A stretch of 64,000 nt of DNA from positions 620,001-684,000 of the forward strand of contig NIVC01000211.1 in assembly GCA_002269645.1 (NCBI GenBank). Reading direction: 5' to 3'. Under the pieces are notes generated by a model. The model was not told the origin of the DNA. It did not search any database and was given only the letters and a program-made list of their open reading frames with translations. This document shows, one piece after another, positions 39,544 through 52,208 of this stretch. Within the stretch, counting starts at the first letter, position 1. Each line of letters opens with the position of its first letter. The stretch is from Macrostomum lignano. Taxonomy: Eukaryota. The translations under genes were made by a program, and so were the position numbers.

Positions 39544-41487
39544 TCAGCCCATCGAGCAGTAGTCCTGCAGCTGCTGGAACTCCGATCCGGTGAGGCTCCG
39601 ACTGCTCATACCGTAGCAGCGGATTGTGCCCTTGAAACTCCAATCATTTCTCAGGCTATAGCCAAGTTTCAGACACCCGAAGCGACCCTCAGGAGCGCTC
39701 CCGATGCTTCCATTTCGCGATGGCTCAGCGTGCGTGATGCTTCCGTTGAAATAAAATTTCACACTTTCGGCATTGGCAGAGAACGCAGAGCCAACTGAGA
39801 TCAAACCGATTGAGTCATCGTTAGTAAACACGTTGTAAGCTGACCAACGTTGATACTGGAAATATCCGTTCATCCAATGAAAATAAGCGTACATCGTGCG
39901 ACTATTTTTTGCCCAAGTGTTGGACGACTTGGTTCCGTTGCACTGTTGAATCCGGTGGTAGAATTTGTAGCTGAAAGTTTATTAATCAGGGTTTACGGGG
40001 TAAGACACTCAGATAATTTTTTTTTCAAACAGTCTTTACACCATGCAAGTATCCCCCAACTCACCTTCTGTCCAGTCCCCTCCTCACTCCCTGCCCCAGT
40101 CCCCCTCCTAACTCCCTGCCCCAGCCCTCCTCCTCACTCCCTGCACCAGCCCCCTTCCGGCACCAGTCCCCCTTCTCACTCTCTGCACCAGCCCCTCCCT
40201 CCTCACTTCCTGCCCCAGCCCTCCTCCTCACTCCCTGCACCAGCCCCCTTCCGGCACCAGTCCCCCTTCTCACTCTCTGCACCAGCCCCTCCCTCCTCAC
40301 TTCCTGCACCAGCCCCTCCTCACTCCCTGCCCCAGTCCCCCTCCTTACTTCCTGCACCAGCCCCCCTCCTCACTCCCTGCCCCATTCCCCCTCCTCACTT
40401 CCTGCCCCAGCCCCCTCCTCACTCCCTGCACCAGCCTGCCTCCTCATTCCCTGCCCAGGCCCCCTAGTCCTTATTCTCTGCTCTGCTTATCTATATCACT
40501 TTATCTCTTTCCTAATTGATCTCTAACTAATTAAACGATAGTTAAGATAGCGTTGAAATATTGTCTCACCCGCTCGTCATGTTATGCCTAGCTAGCATGT
40601 AGAATGAATAATTTCTATTAAAGTCCAAATCGTGCTCAAGGCCAGGCGTCTTAGCAATCAGATAGGAGTCGTTGTGCCCCATCAGCTGGGCACCGTCGGT
40701 CCCAAGGTTCACGTTGCGAGCGGTGAGGCAATACTGCCTTGGATTCACCTCGTTCAGTAAGCCGCTGTGCGTGAATCGGTAAAACAATTTCATCTGCAGC
40801 TGGCTTAGTAGACCAGCGCGTTCTGAAATTATTCAAGAGGAATGCGTTGCGACAGCGACTCTATACGTGGGGGAAGTGTAGAGTCGAAGGATCGTCTGAG
40901 TTTCTTTTGCTGACCAAGAAGCGAAATCAAATCTTGTACAAGTTGGGTCTTCTTCGTCTTTGAATTGACTGCTCACAAACAACGGATAGACAAGTTTCTG
41001 AGCATCTTCTCACACAAATTGGCTTGCTGAAACAAGCACTCTCTGAATTTTTTATGTGAATCAAAAATATCGATGGGGCCAAGCGTGCACGAGTCAGTGT
41101 CGCTTCTTACGCAACAAAAAGAGCCCTTCTTGGCAGATTCACTCGTGCTAGCCACTTACTAGAAGCACCCGTATGCTGATAAGTGTCGCAGCTTCCAGAC
41201 GTCCATTGTTCCTCTGTCGAGCAGGAGTCGCCAGTGTAGCACAGCCGAGTGCCCGGATCAAAGTGGAAGGCGTCACAAAGCGGCTGCAGGCTGCAGTGCA
41301 CCGAGCACTCAGCATTGCCGCTAACATTGGACGCCGCAATCACTGCAGCGTCGGTGGGGCAGAGCGAAGTGCGTTGGAATGTCAGACTGTCCGTTTGGAA
41401 GCCGAGAGCAGAAGACAGCTGGCACCAGCATGTCATTAGCATGGCAATCAGTAGACATAGCTTCGAAATTCGCGTGCAGTGGCACAT
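39544..41487 (-). CDS. PAN/Apple + LamG/ConA-like secreted protein gene, copy D (intact, 335 aa); exons 41487-41160, 40822-40570, 39970-39544
   Basis: Signal peptide; PAN ECSVHCSLQPLCDAFHFDPGTRLCY; the same intron phases (1, 2) as copies A-C; C-terminal FGCLKLG...FKGTIRCYGMSSRSLTGSEFQQL. Exons sum to 1008 nt with no internal stop. Confidence 0.82.
40070..40465. repeat. Pyrimidine-rich degenerate repeat (CCTCACTCCCTGCCCCAGCC-like), intron 2 of copy D
   Basis: Direct. Confidence 0.88.
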
Positions 41488-41789
41488 TTTCTAAAAATTG
41501 TTGAGACAAAATGTTGACAAGATGGATTGGGAGTCCGCTTTAGCTCCATCATATTTTATCAGCACTGAGATTCCTACATGTGGGGAAATGTACGGGCGAT
41601 TCTATTGGCTCTTCGTCAAGTTGCCATTGGCTACGGAAGCTGCCTAATAAACCCCCACTTCATCCTAGTGTATTTCCTGTGTTTACTCTCAGATAATACT
41701 GCTGAAGTTGCTTTCTCCGAGGAAATCAAATTTGCTCGGGAGTATCTGCTTCTACTGACATCGCGGCTATGATATGATATGACAGGCCT

Positions 41790-43330
41790 AAAAATCTACA
41801 TGAACTTGACTTACCTGACTTTGCTGCAGGGTGCTCCAGGCATCTGAATGCAGCGGGAGGCATTGAAGCCGAGTTCGCCTTAACCCTGGCGACGACGGGC
41901 AGCTGGTGCTGCGGTATAGCGCAGGGAGATCCGGTGGTGCCGGTGTCCGCAGCGCAGTCCCCCTCCGGGAGAGTCCAGAGGTAGATGGTCGCTCGCCCAA
42001 AAGCCCTCAGGTATCGGACGAGCAGCGAGCTGGCAAAAATGCTCGAGTCTGAAAACGTCGGAAAGGTCAGGAGTTGGGCGAGGTAGGTGAGCCTGTCCTT
42101 AGTAAATGTGGGGTATTCACAAATTAGATGAGAATGCTGAGAATGCTTTGCATTCTCAGAATCTAAGGGGATCTACCTTAGGAACACCTTGTTAGAGGCG
42201 CCTAAGCGGTTGAGCTGCCCGATACAGTCGAGGACTGTACGCGAGCAGGTGTTGGTTCGTTCAAGAGGGTGGATCGCCGCTTGACTGTCCAAGTGGGAGA
42301 GTAATCTCCTCCCGCAAGACTCGCAGATTGTAAAGCTTCATGGAGCAGGAGCTGATTGCGAGAACTTCATTCTGGAAGACGGTAGAGCAAGTGCCAGTGT
42401 GCTGGGAGAAGGTCGCCACGGTTCTCCCTCCAGAGTGGTGGAATGCTGGTTTTCAATTCAAGCAGAGGGCGGAGCTTGAACAGGATTCTGTCCAAAAGGG
42501 TCAGAAGGCCCTCCCGTAGCTTCTAGGTCTCTCAGGTTGAGGTCGCCGTGCGGCCGGAGGTTCCGTTTTCTGAAGGGGAACTGCTTCTGGGTGAGAACAC
42601 CCGCGTCACGCAGTCTTTAGTCACAGACAAAGAAGTCCAGGGGCCGGGGAAGGTCCATGAAGGAGTTCACGCCAGCGAATGGCGTAGAGGGAGTCGCGCT
42701 CATGATGCCATGCGGCTTTAACTTACACCCTGTTGAGAGCATCAAGAACCCCTTTTACCTCTAGGGCACTGTTCGGGGTTGAGGCCCAGGTAGCGTCGAA
42801 AGCTCTGCGGATCTGCGCGAGAGTCGCGAGAGCTTTGCGGACTTTGATTTGGACGTGCGGGGTCCAGCTCAACCTGTGGTTGAGGGTGACGCCCAGACAT
42901 CTGGTTTGTTTCTTCATGGTAACAGATTTGCCACAGAGAAAATCATCCAATTTCGGTGGCTGGTCTTCGGTGGTGAACACGGTGGTCACGGTTTTAGACT
43001 CAGAGCTTAAGGCCGCAGCTGTGTGCCCAGCGCTTAGCACGGTGAATGAAGGCTTGGAAGAGGTCTCTTAGGACCACGGGTGATGTTCCAGCCACACTAG
43101 CGGTATAACATCATCCACATAGCCGATGTACCGGGTCCGGATATGGGCTGCTGAGTCATTAGTTTATGACCAAGTTCCAGAGAATCTGGCTAAGGACTCC
43201 ACCTTTCTGAAGCTCCACAGAGCGGGACTGTCCGAGGAGATACTGGGATCAGGTGGCAGTCTGAAGTATCTGACGTGTAAATTTCGCCTTTGTTGACTCG
43301 CCGGGGAAGAATTTCCCGTTGGAGTTCCCC
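41790..43330 (-). mobile_element. Degenerate LOA/I-group non-LTR retrotransposon fragment (RT C-terminus, RNase H, terminal zinc finger)
   Basis: CLGVTLNHRLSWTPHVQIKVRKA...RRAFDATW (RT thumb). STVFQNEVLAI...DSQAAI..L...VLDCIGQLNRLGASNKVFL (RNase H). HLICEYP (end of a CCHC motif). Stops and frameshifts present; boundaries approximate. Confidence 0.8.
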
Positions 43331-44413
43331 TTCAGCGTTCTCTCCAGCAGTCACTGCAGCCCAAAAAGTTGATGAAAAAGTGGCATCTTTAATAGCCGTT
43401 CAACGATGCCGATTTATGAGCTAGGAAAGCTTTCAGTAGTGAAGAATTAACCTAAGCTTTTTAGCTCTTTTGTTTTTCGCACAGTTTCCCGGGGCTTTTG
43501 AAATATTGATTGAATGAAGCAGAATCGCCGGTTTTCTCTTTACAATGAATTTCTTTTTTGATTGAATCGATCGAGTTGGCTTCCCGTAAGCAATTTGTCT
43601 CTTAGTCTCTCGCACATTTTACGAGCGTAGATCGCAACACTTTTTTCAGGCTCCAAAGTCAGTCATCAATGTAAAAAGAATGCGCGGAGTGCGTCCTAAA
43701 AACGAAGTTTTTTACGGAAATTCAACGCAAAAAGCTGTACCGGTAGGATAGTGTAGAATAGATTGATGATCTCCATTCTGTACGACATCTAAAGTTTAAA
43801 GCAAAAAAATCGGAGCTGCAACTGCGTTCCGCTTGCAGAATGCTTCTTTTCCTAAAATAATGAGCTTCAAACTACTTGCTGAGAGACATGGAGAGAGACG
43901 GCTGAAGCGTGAAAGCGTGAACACGCAATCGGGCACACGCAAAGGCGGCCAAAGCGAATCGTAACGTTGACCTCCGCCTTGTCAATTTTGAGAAGAACCC
44001 TATCCCTATAGCTATCGTTTAGTCGCTAAATATTTTTAAGCTCGTGAGTTTTCTCCAGTTTCACACATTTGCGATGCAGACATTCACGCGAAAATTACAC
44101 ACTTTCAAACACATTTACCACACGCAGTATTAATAAAACTTTAAAGGATATTTAAGCAAATCATTCCACAAATTACTTAAGCAAATTACTCAAAACCTTA
44201 CGAAATCATTATCATTTTGAACGGTACTAAAACTATATACGCGCTCCACATTAAAGACAGGACGAGAGCCTCATCTGCGGGCGGTCCAAGTTACAACACA
44301 ATCCGGATTCAGGATTAAGCTGCTTGAGTTATGAACTCGTTAACAACACTTAAACAAAAGTGGACGGCAATGCTGATCTGTTTGTTGAGAAATCAGCAAG
44401 CGAAAGATAAGTA

Positions 44414-44698
44414 TACTCAGCAACATTAAAAAGTCGCCACCCGGTGCCCCAATGAGCAGTGTCTTTCGACCAGTGTCTATCACCTGGCCAACCATTTTGA
44501 TATAAAAAATGCTTGAAGAAACAATGAAAACCGAGTGAAGCTATTCAATCCATCCAATCTTCGTCCTCCGCTCTTCCCAATCCCTCCTCACCCAGCCCAA
44601 CTCTGCGTGTGGCGCAAGTTGCGTCACTCAAAAGTCAATACTGAGCTAGAATTTACTGCGCACTCTCAAAAGTGGCGACTTCTTAATGTTGTTGAGTA
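44414..44698. mobile_element. Tc1/mariner-type MITE, 285 bp
   Basis: 27-bp TIR TACTCAGCAACATTAAAAAGTCGCCAC / GTGGCGACTTCTTAATGTTGTTGAGTA (2 mismatches), with TA on both sides. Confidence 0.85.
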
Positions 44699-46142
44699 TA
44701 GATGAATGTAGACTCAATTTAATCCAATTAATGACAAAATCGATGGGGATTACTTAAGAGCTGGAAAAGTTACATGTGATGGGTTTCGGCCTTTTCGGCC
44801 CCTTTCGGAAAGCCTTCGGGCCTCAGGTCTCAGAAATAAATCAATTAGAGTCCTGGCCCCCCACCTGTCAGATGGTCAGCCCCATGGTAGCTTGATCGTG
44901 TGGCGAGCAGTCTAGGTCCATAGCTAAGAGAGGGACAGCGAGAGACAAGCACGGAGAATTTTGAAGGTAGAGATCAGCTAATCCGCAGATTAACTAACCC
45001 GCTGCCACCAGCCCGTGTGTCCTGCCTCACCAAACCAGAATTTTCGAAATCGGGTTTCCGACTAGAGAGGGCTTAGCGCACTTACCTGCCAACTAGTGTC
45101 TTTTTGCTGTCAATCTCGAAGTCATAGCCGATGATAAGGGACACTGCTGGGACTTGATCGCATTGGCCATGCAGGTACAGAGGGGACTTGTGAAGGGGAT
45201 TCTTGCAGTGGCGAGACTGTGGGGTAGCTACATGTACTATTACATTGCTAAATACGAGAAATCGTACTTTTGGCCTTCAACGCGCCAACCAGCCTCTCCT
45301 AGCGCTGATGATAGGCTAACTCGAACATCGGAGACCGCAGGATTCATTACCCGAGCCGCTTGGCGAACCTAGAGTGCACAGAAGTACATCTCTGGCGCCG
45401 ATTCTGCACTATTGGCAATTTTGCTCACTGATTTGATAGATTGATCGACTGAGAACTGCCTTGCCATTGGTCCACTGCGACCGGCGCCTACTAGCTTAGC
45501 TACTCATCTAAGCCATCGGCGAACAAAGAAATAAAACCGATAAAAATAACTGTCAGATTTAACCTTCTCAATGAATCACTTCACACCTCAGATTAAATGG
45601 AGCTTCAGACTACTAGCAGTATTATTGAATGATTTCTGCCTCAGTACAGCACAGTACAGCTTTTGTTCAGTACAGCACTACTGAACAAAATGAGCAAAAG
45701 TGTGCGCCTAATCCAGCTACTGAAATAGGGGACAGGTAAGGAATCACCCGATCAAGCAAGTCTAGGTAGCCTCTCACCCAACCAATCAGAAACCTAACAA
45801 CCGGAGACCAGGTAATCCACAGTGACCGAATCGCGGCTTAGTGCTTCGCAGCTGTAGGCCCGGGATGATGCTGATGTCACAATCTTCGCAGATAGCTAGC
45901 AGGTGATGTTCTTAATCTTGATGTTCGCTGCTGACGACCGGGGGGATTCGTCCTTGATGATGATGAGGAGAGTCGCGATCCGGGGATCAAGAGACGACGG
46001 TCGGGCTCCGGAAGGTCTAAGTTAGGCCAAAGTCCCAGGAGGCGGAGCAGGCGGTTGAGTCCGAGCGGGCCAAAAACACCGGTTTAAATAGCCGCCAACT
46101 GGACCGCAATTTGTAGGCCCGGGCTAACCAGGTCTCGCTCGA

Positions 46143-46740
46143 TAAAGACTGGGATCCTGTTGTGCCCGGGTGCACTTGCACCGCTGGGTGAGTGCGTTGG
46201 GGAATTTTCGATTGGCTCGGATAGATTTTGTCACACCTTCGTCGTCGTTTCACACATACTGCATCACTGCATCCTTGGTGCAGATTTTTTCCGTTGCCAA
46301 GCAGCCAAGTTGGATTTTGCCAACTTTCAGATCGTCACTTCAGTAGGAACTTTTCCTTTTCGGATGTCTTCTGGGCGACCACTTCTCTGCTGGATAGTCA
46401 TTTCGAAATCGGAAACAGTTCCTGCAAATCGGTCTCAAACCATTCGAGCTAAGCTGAGTCGGAGAGGAGTGAAGAAGGAATTTCGGTTCTGAATAGCAGA
46501 GACCCGCTCCCAGACTGAAGGCCACGTGATGCTAGCTAGGTCAATTGTCGTGCCCTCTACTGATGGTACCGTCCCTGTCAAGATTACGAATGTGTCGGGA
46601 GAACCTGTAGTACTGACAAAAGGAAAGCAGATTGGCTGGTTCTCGCCCGTCCATGGCAGCCAACCAAATCATGATGAAGCACCCAAGGCACAAGCTAACC
46701 AGGTCTCGCTCGACAATTGTCACCTTGTCAATTGGTGATT
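46143..46740 (+). mobile_element. Gypsy pol remnant (protease C-terminus plus downstream beta-rich region)
   Basis: HTFVVVSHILHHCILGADFF (retropepsin C-terminal ILGxDF) followed by VMLARSIVVP..TVPVKITNVSGEPVVLTKGKQIG. Interrupted by a stop/frameshift. Confidence 0.65.
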
Positions 46741-47699
46741 GGCCAACAAGTTGGTTGTTGATAATGCTGTCTGGCGGGAGACCCTAGGGCTTACGCTAGG
46801 CAGCCTAAATAAATAGAGAAATGCTGGCGGTGGGCAGGGTGAGCGTGTGCCCGTTGACACCTGACACTAGACTTTACAGAATCAACAAACTTCAATATCG
46901 AAATCTCAATACTACTAATTGACGAACTCGCTGCCTTGCTCACCGCCGTGCCGATTGGAAGTCAAAGTAAGACTCACGTCTGTGTTCATTAATCATTTGG
47001 GTCTCGAGCAAAGAGGGTACCGTACGCTCTAGGGACGGACTGACTGCCTTACCTCGACGCGATCCCACGCTCAGTAGCGGAGTTAGTCCGGTCAGTGGGC
47101 TGACGCCATCTCCAGGCTCGTTCGCTGCAGAACAATCTTAGGGAGCTGTTCGATCACGTGTAGTGACACATCAGTTATAATGGAACACCTCGACGCTGAT
47201 TGGCTGAGCCGATTTGTTTTAACGCACGTCGAATTTTCTGTTTGGCTGAGCTTCTTGCCACCCAAACTCACGTGACCAGAAGATCCTATCAGTTCCCTCG
47301 GGGCCATAAAAATACGACAGGTGCGGTCATAAATTACTCAAAATCAATGATTTATGACCCAAAAGCCGCACCTATGTTTTTATAACTACTAGTATAGCAA
47401 AATCATATAACTAGTATGAATTCTAGGAAAATTACATAAAGAGAAGAAAAAAGGCCCATAGCCTGTTGCTGGTATACAGTAGGCTAGTAAGTTTGAAGCC
47501 CATGTGCGAGCGTGAAGTTTGGAAAAAAGTGCGTCCTCATCACATGTAAGCAAGGCAGGGATCGAGTAGCCGGGGAAGAAAAAAATCGAAGAAAGAAAAT
47601 GCTCTCGTCTTTTGAAATATTGTACAACAACAGCAGCAAAAAACTTTGTCAATTAGGGTTTTTAGAAGGCTGCAGCATCATAGCGCGCCTCTGGGCCAG

Positions 47700-47900
47700 G
47701 TCGCGAATGCAGGATACGCGGCCGACCGAATCCGAGGCGCCGGCGCCAGCAGGCAGATAACGAAATGCCCAGTGCGGACGACAGGACTGCCCTCACAGAA
47801 CGAAAGGTAGCCGAGTCAATACCGCGGCGATGCCGCAGATCCTCGCGGACGCCGGTAACCAGACCGTCGAGGCAGATGAACTTAGACTGGCAACGCGCAC
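47700..47900 (-). mobile_element. Short degenerate RTE LINE fragment related to 15380-15960
   Basis: AGGACTGCCCTCACAGAACGAAAGG is shared with 15878-15902, and similarity continues beyond it. Confidence 0.7.
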
Positions 47901-50900
47901 AGAAGCCCCCATCGCCTAGCCTGCAATTTTGTGCCGAGGTGCAAGATAGACAGGCCTGTCATATTATGTGTCATATTACATGTCGTTCGGCAAGCAGAGG
48001 CAGCAAGCACGACTGGGGTCCAACAACCAGGCCGAAATTGATCGCCGCAACAGCAACCAGCTTTTTAGTCGTCGCTGGGCGCGCTCTCGAGGCGAAGATC
48101 GTCGGCTTAGGACGTCAAGTACGCTGATCGCGGGCCTCTTCGGTTGTCGGCGACCCAGAAAGCCGCAGAAAGTCTTCGTTTGTAGGAAGAGAGAATTATT
48201 CACACCACAAAGTCAAGCACAAGAAAAAACAATTAAAAGTATCTTGAACTTGAACCCCTTGAATCTCTGCCATTGAGTAAAGATCTATAGGTACGTGTAC
48301 GTTACATATGTATACTACCGCGGTTGATCTGATCTTCCGCAAACATTTCACAGAAAACAATGCACTAGCTTTTTTATCGAATTTCAAGCGTCTACAGCCA
48401 TCAGCCTTACTCAGAGGGTCAGCCGACCACCTTACTCCCATATTCACCATTAGTCTGAATAAAACACTTTCCTCTGTGTTCACTTCTGTCATGAACTCTG
48501 TTTGTTGCTTGGTCTCTTGTCTTTTGAAAAAAAATTGAATACTCTCGTAGCTACAAGAAATTTCAAAAGTTTATAAACAAAAAAGACAGAATTATTTTAT
48601 GTGGAATTTTTGCTAGATACTACACGAGCTAAAAGTCCTGTAATTCGGTTGCAAAGTTATGCTTTTCACAATAAGCCATCTGTAACGTTTTGTTAGTTAG
48701 AAGTAAGATTAATCCTTATATTAATCCTTTTTAGACCTTAACTTTGCGCAAGTTCATTAGCATTTTTTGATAAATACCAAATGTTGGTTTGTTAAAATTT
48801 AATAATTTCCAAGAAATTCTATTCATATTTGAACATGTAACTTAAAGTATTTTAGCTTAATTAGCTACTACTTTAATTACTACTACTTTAATTACTTTGT
48901 GTAACCTTCTCCGACCGGTCTTGGTTGGAGTATCAGCCTTCATACGAATTCGACATCGTTATGTGTAATATTAACAAATGACATTTCCTCCAGCATAACC
49001 GTAGCAACCTTTGCTAAGTAAATATATGCTATTGCCAATTGCCATAATCAATGCCAAAGAGAAAGTAGTAGTTTAAACTTTAAAGCAACTAAAATGTAAC
49101 TGTGTAGTTAGTAGAAGCAATGACTCCAATCTACAATGTGATTCAACTAGTGATTGTAGTCACATAAATGGCTTAATTGACAATAAAAATGGGCCTTTAC
49201 TCATCAGTAGTAGAACTCTTATGAGGGTAGGCCTATAAAAATCAGTGAAACTTTTAATTTAAAAATTATGAAATTAGTTTGCTAAACAAAAAAGAACATT
49301 ATGATACTATCTGAACTGAATGCTGACTGTCTAAATATATTATATACTTTGCATTAAAAAGTTAAACTATATTTTGATAGTTAAAATAGACCTAGGTTTT
49401 TTATAATATGCAGTCTAGATATTCATAACAAGTCATAAATATTTTCTTTGTCTATGATATGACTATCATAGACAATAAATACCAGCTCAGTTTCTTAATT
49501 AAAGCAAATAATAAATTTGGCATCATTTTCAAATAAAGTACATTTAACAGAGAAAAATGTTGGCTTTAGACCTAATCTAGATTTTTAAGTTTAATAATTT
49601 TTGTTTAAAATAATTTTTTAACTTAAATGTTTCTAATTCTGTTTTATTATCATAATTTAGGCCTAATATACCTATAGTAAAGGCATTTACTCTGTTTATG
49701 ACTAGGCCTATACCAGGTTGCGGATGGCAACCCAGCCACCCTAAAGGCTAAGTGGATGAACAAAACAGCTACTCTAAGTCCTTGGCATATACAATCAGCG
49801 TACACAACCCTTGGCAAACTTTGTTGCATACACTAATGGTGTATACAAGTAACACAGCCACGCACATTTTTTTGGTGTACAAATTTTGGTGAATAAATTC
49901 ATGCCATACATGAAAATTGTAATGTAAATTAACATTTTTATGTAAGGTAATGGAAAATTTGTATTGTCAATAAAAAAAATTTTGCTTCTTTGAAATTAAC
50001 AGTAAATAAAATTAGTGTACATTTTTGCTAAGAGTATCAATTTTGCATTCCTATTAGAATAAGTTTCAAAAACCTATAGACGCGCGACATGGGTGCCAAA
50101 ATTGTGCCCTCAAAAGTGCAACGCGATACCAAATTTTTTTGACTGGGGGACGGCAATGCGCAACGCAACACCGATGTCTGTTGACTGAATGACCGGGGGT
50201 GGAAGACACTACAGCAGCCACGTTGCAATTGACAATTCCCATTCTTCTGAGTTAACTCCAGACACCGAGACCATGGGGCGAGGGACGAGAGTATTCCTTT
50301 CAATTTTGTAGAAAAAGAAATGAAATTTAAAAACAATAAACAGTGAAACAACAAAGGTACAACACTTAGAAAAATAGCGCATGCATTGTAACTTTAACAA
50401 GTAACATTTCTAAAAATTATATTTAAAGTATTAGTTACTTTACCATTAAAATAAAGAAGAACAATTCAAGAACTAGTTATTATCAAACATGTTTAAAACA
50501 TTTAAATACCAAGAAACAACCATGAACATATTACAATGAAACACAGTTTGAGGTTTTGGCTACAGATCTAGGCCGCAATGCGTCACATGACAACGCCAAC
50601 CACTAAGTTGCCACACTGTCGTATCACGCAATGCGACACATGACAACACCAGGTTTCCACAGTTTCGTGCAACGCAACACACCACTTGACACCACTGTCG
50701 CGCGATGCTACACTAGGAGAATCCAAAAATGCGACGGATGGTCATCCATGTTTTGTCAACTTATTCCAATTGGGTTTTGCACATACATGCGCAACAGTCG
50801 GCCGAGTCGGCCGATCCGGCCGACCGATTTGGCGGCCAATCAAGGAAGTCGCAAAAATTCCCACCCAAAAAATAACCTGAAGAGTAGTACTAAGTAGCTG

Positions 50901-52208
50901 ACGAGGCATTTTAGCTTAATAAAACAGTCATAGTTACTCCTGCCGTTTACCCAAAGTTGCGTTAATTTTGCTTTCGGGTTTTTTTATATGTAAGTCGCAT
51001 TTTTGGCCAAAAACTACGTCGCATTTTTGTTAAAACTAAGTCGCACGGCTGACCGAATTTTGGAGGTTGCACATGTATGGTTTTGCATCATATTATTTGT
51101 AGGTATTAATATTTTCATCATAGTGTTTTTCATAATATTTTAAAAACACTTTTCATACAAAAGCCTTTCTTAGAAAACTCTACTTGTGAAAAACCGTATT
51201 ACCTTTTAGGAATTTTTGGTGTACATTGGTGTACAAAGTCCTTGATGCCCAAATTTGGTCTGGCGTACACGGATACATGATCTGCACACTGGGGCCTATA
51301 GAGAATATTTGCTTCTATAGGCCATAGATAGGAAAATGGCATATATGCTAAAAATTTCTAGGTTAGGCCTTATACTTTAAAAATTGGCATACATATTAGG
51401 GTATAAAACCAAGATGGCCATAGCTGGGATAGGGTTCACAGAAAATGACAACTGGTTTACTATTAGATAGTGAGGTGGGGGTGGAGAAAGAAAAATAAAA
51501 TTTGAAGTTAGGTTTTCTTCAAAACCAGTCAGCGTTGCATTTGCACAAGTAAATCTAGAAAATCATGCAGACAAATCACAATTGATATAGTATACTATAT
51601 CAATCTTCAATAGCCCCTCTGTTAATTTAACAACAGATAGTATAATTCTTTACCTCATATAGCTCTTTATAACCTATAATTTCCTTTTTAAACTAAGACT
51701 AAAACAAGCTTTCCTTGAAGTTTGCTTCTAGAAGACTAAAGACAAAAAATTAATGTATCAAAAGATTGTAAGTATCTACCACTGAATTCATTTTTGAAAA
51801 GATATAACAAATAAAATTAAGTGACAAAAAGAAATAACTAAGAAAAATGATAAGATTGGAATGGAATCATTGTGGAATGGAATAAAAAAGGTATAGATTA
51901 GAGCAAAGTTAAATCTTTGCTCAATAGTCAAACTTTCAAGCCATAGACTCAAGGCAGCAGTTGTCTTGAGTATAGCACTCTGCCACTCTGAATTAACTCA
52001 ATTGCTCATAAACTCAAACTGACTTCATTAAGCTGTGTTATATTATGATTTTTTTGTTGAAATTACTTATTACAAAACAAGTTGAAACCCATTTCACAAT
52101 CAAGTTTTTTTTAAATTCTCAATGTATATTTGTCTGAGATCTTACACTAAGTATGAGTTAGCTTTGATTTATTGGCACTCAATCGATTTATTGCTGCTTG
52201 ATTTCCAG

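Noticed and set aside
48196-48492. 98-aa minus-strand ORF as a gene exon
   Set aside because: No recognisable motif and no convincing neighbouring exons.
49760-51300. Possible non-autonomous DNA transposon with GTGTAC and GCAACGCAACAC motifs upstream of Smad
   Set aside because: Repeated motifs are visible, but I could not define TIRs or a TSD, so it is not reported as a feature.
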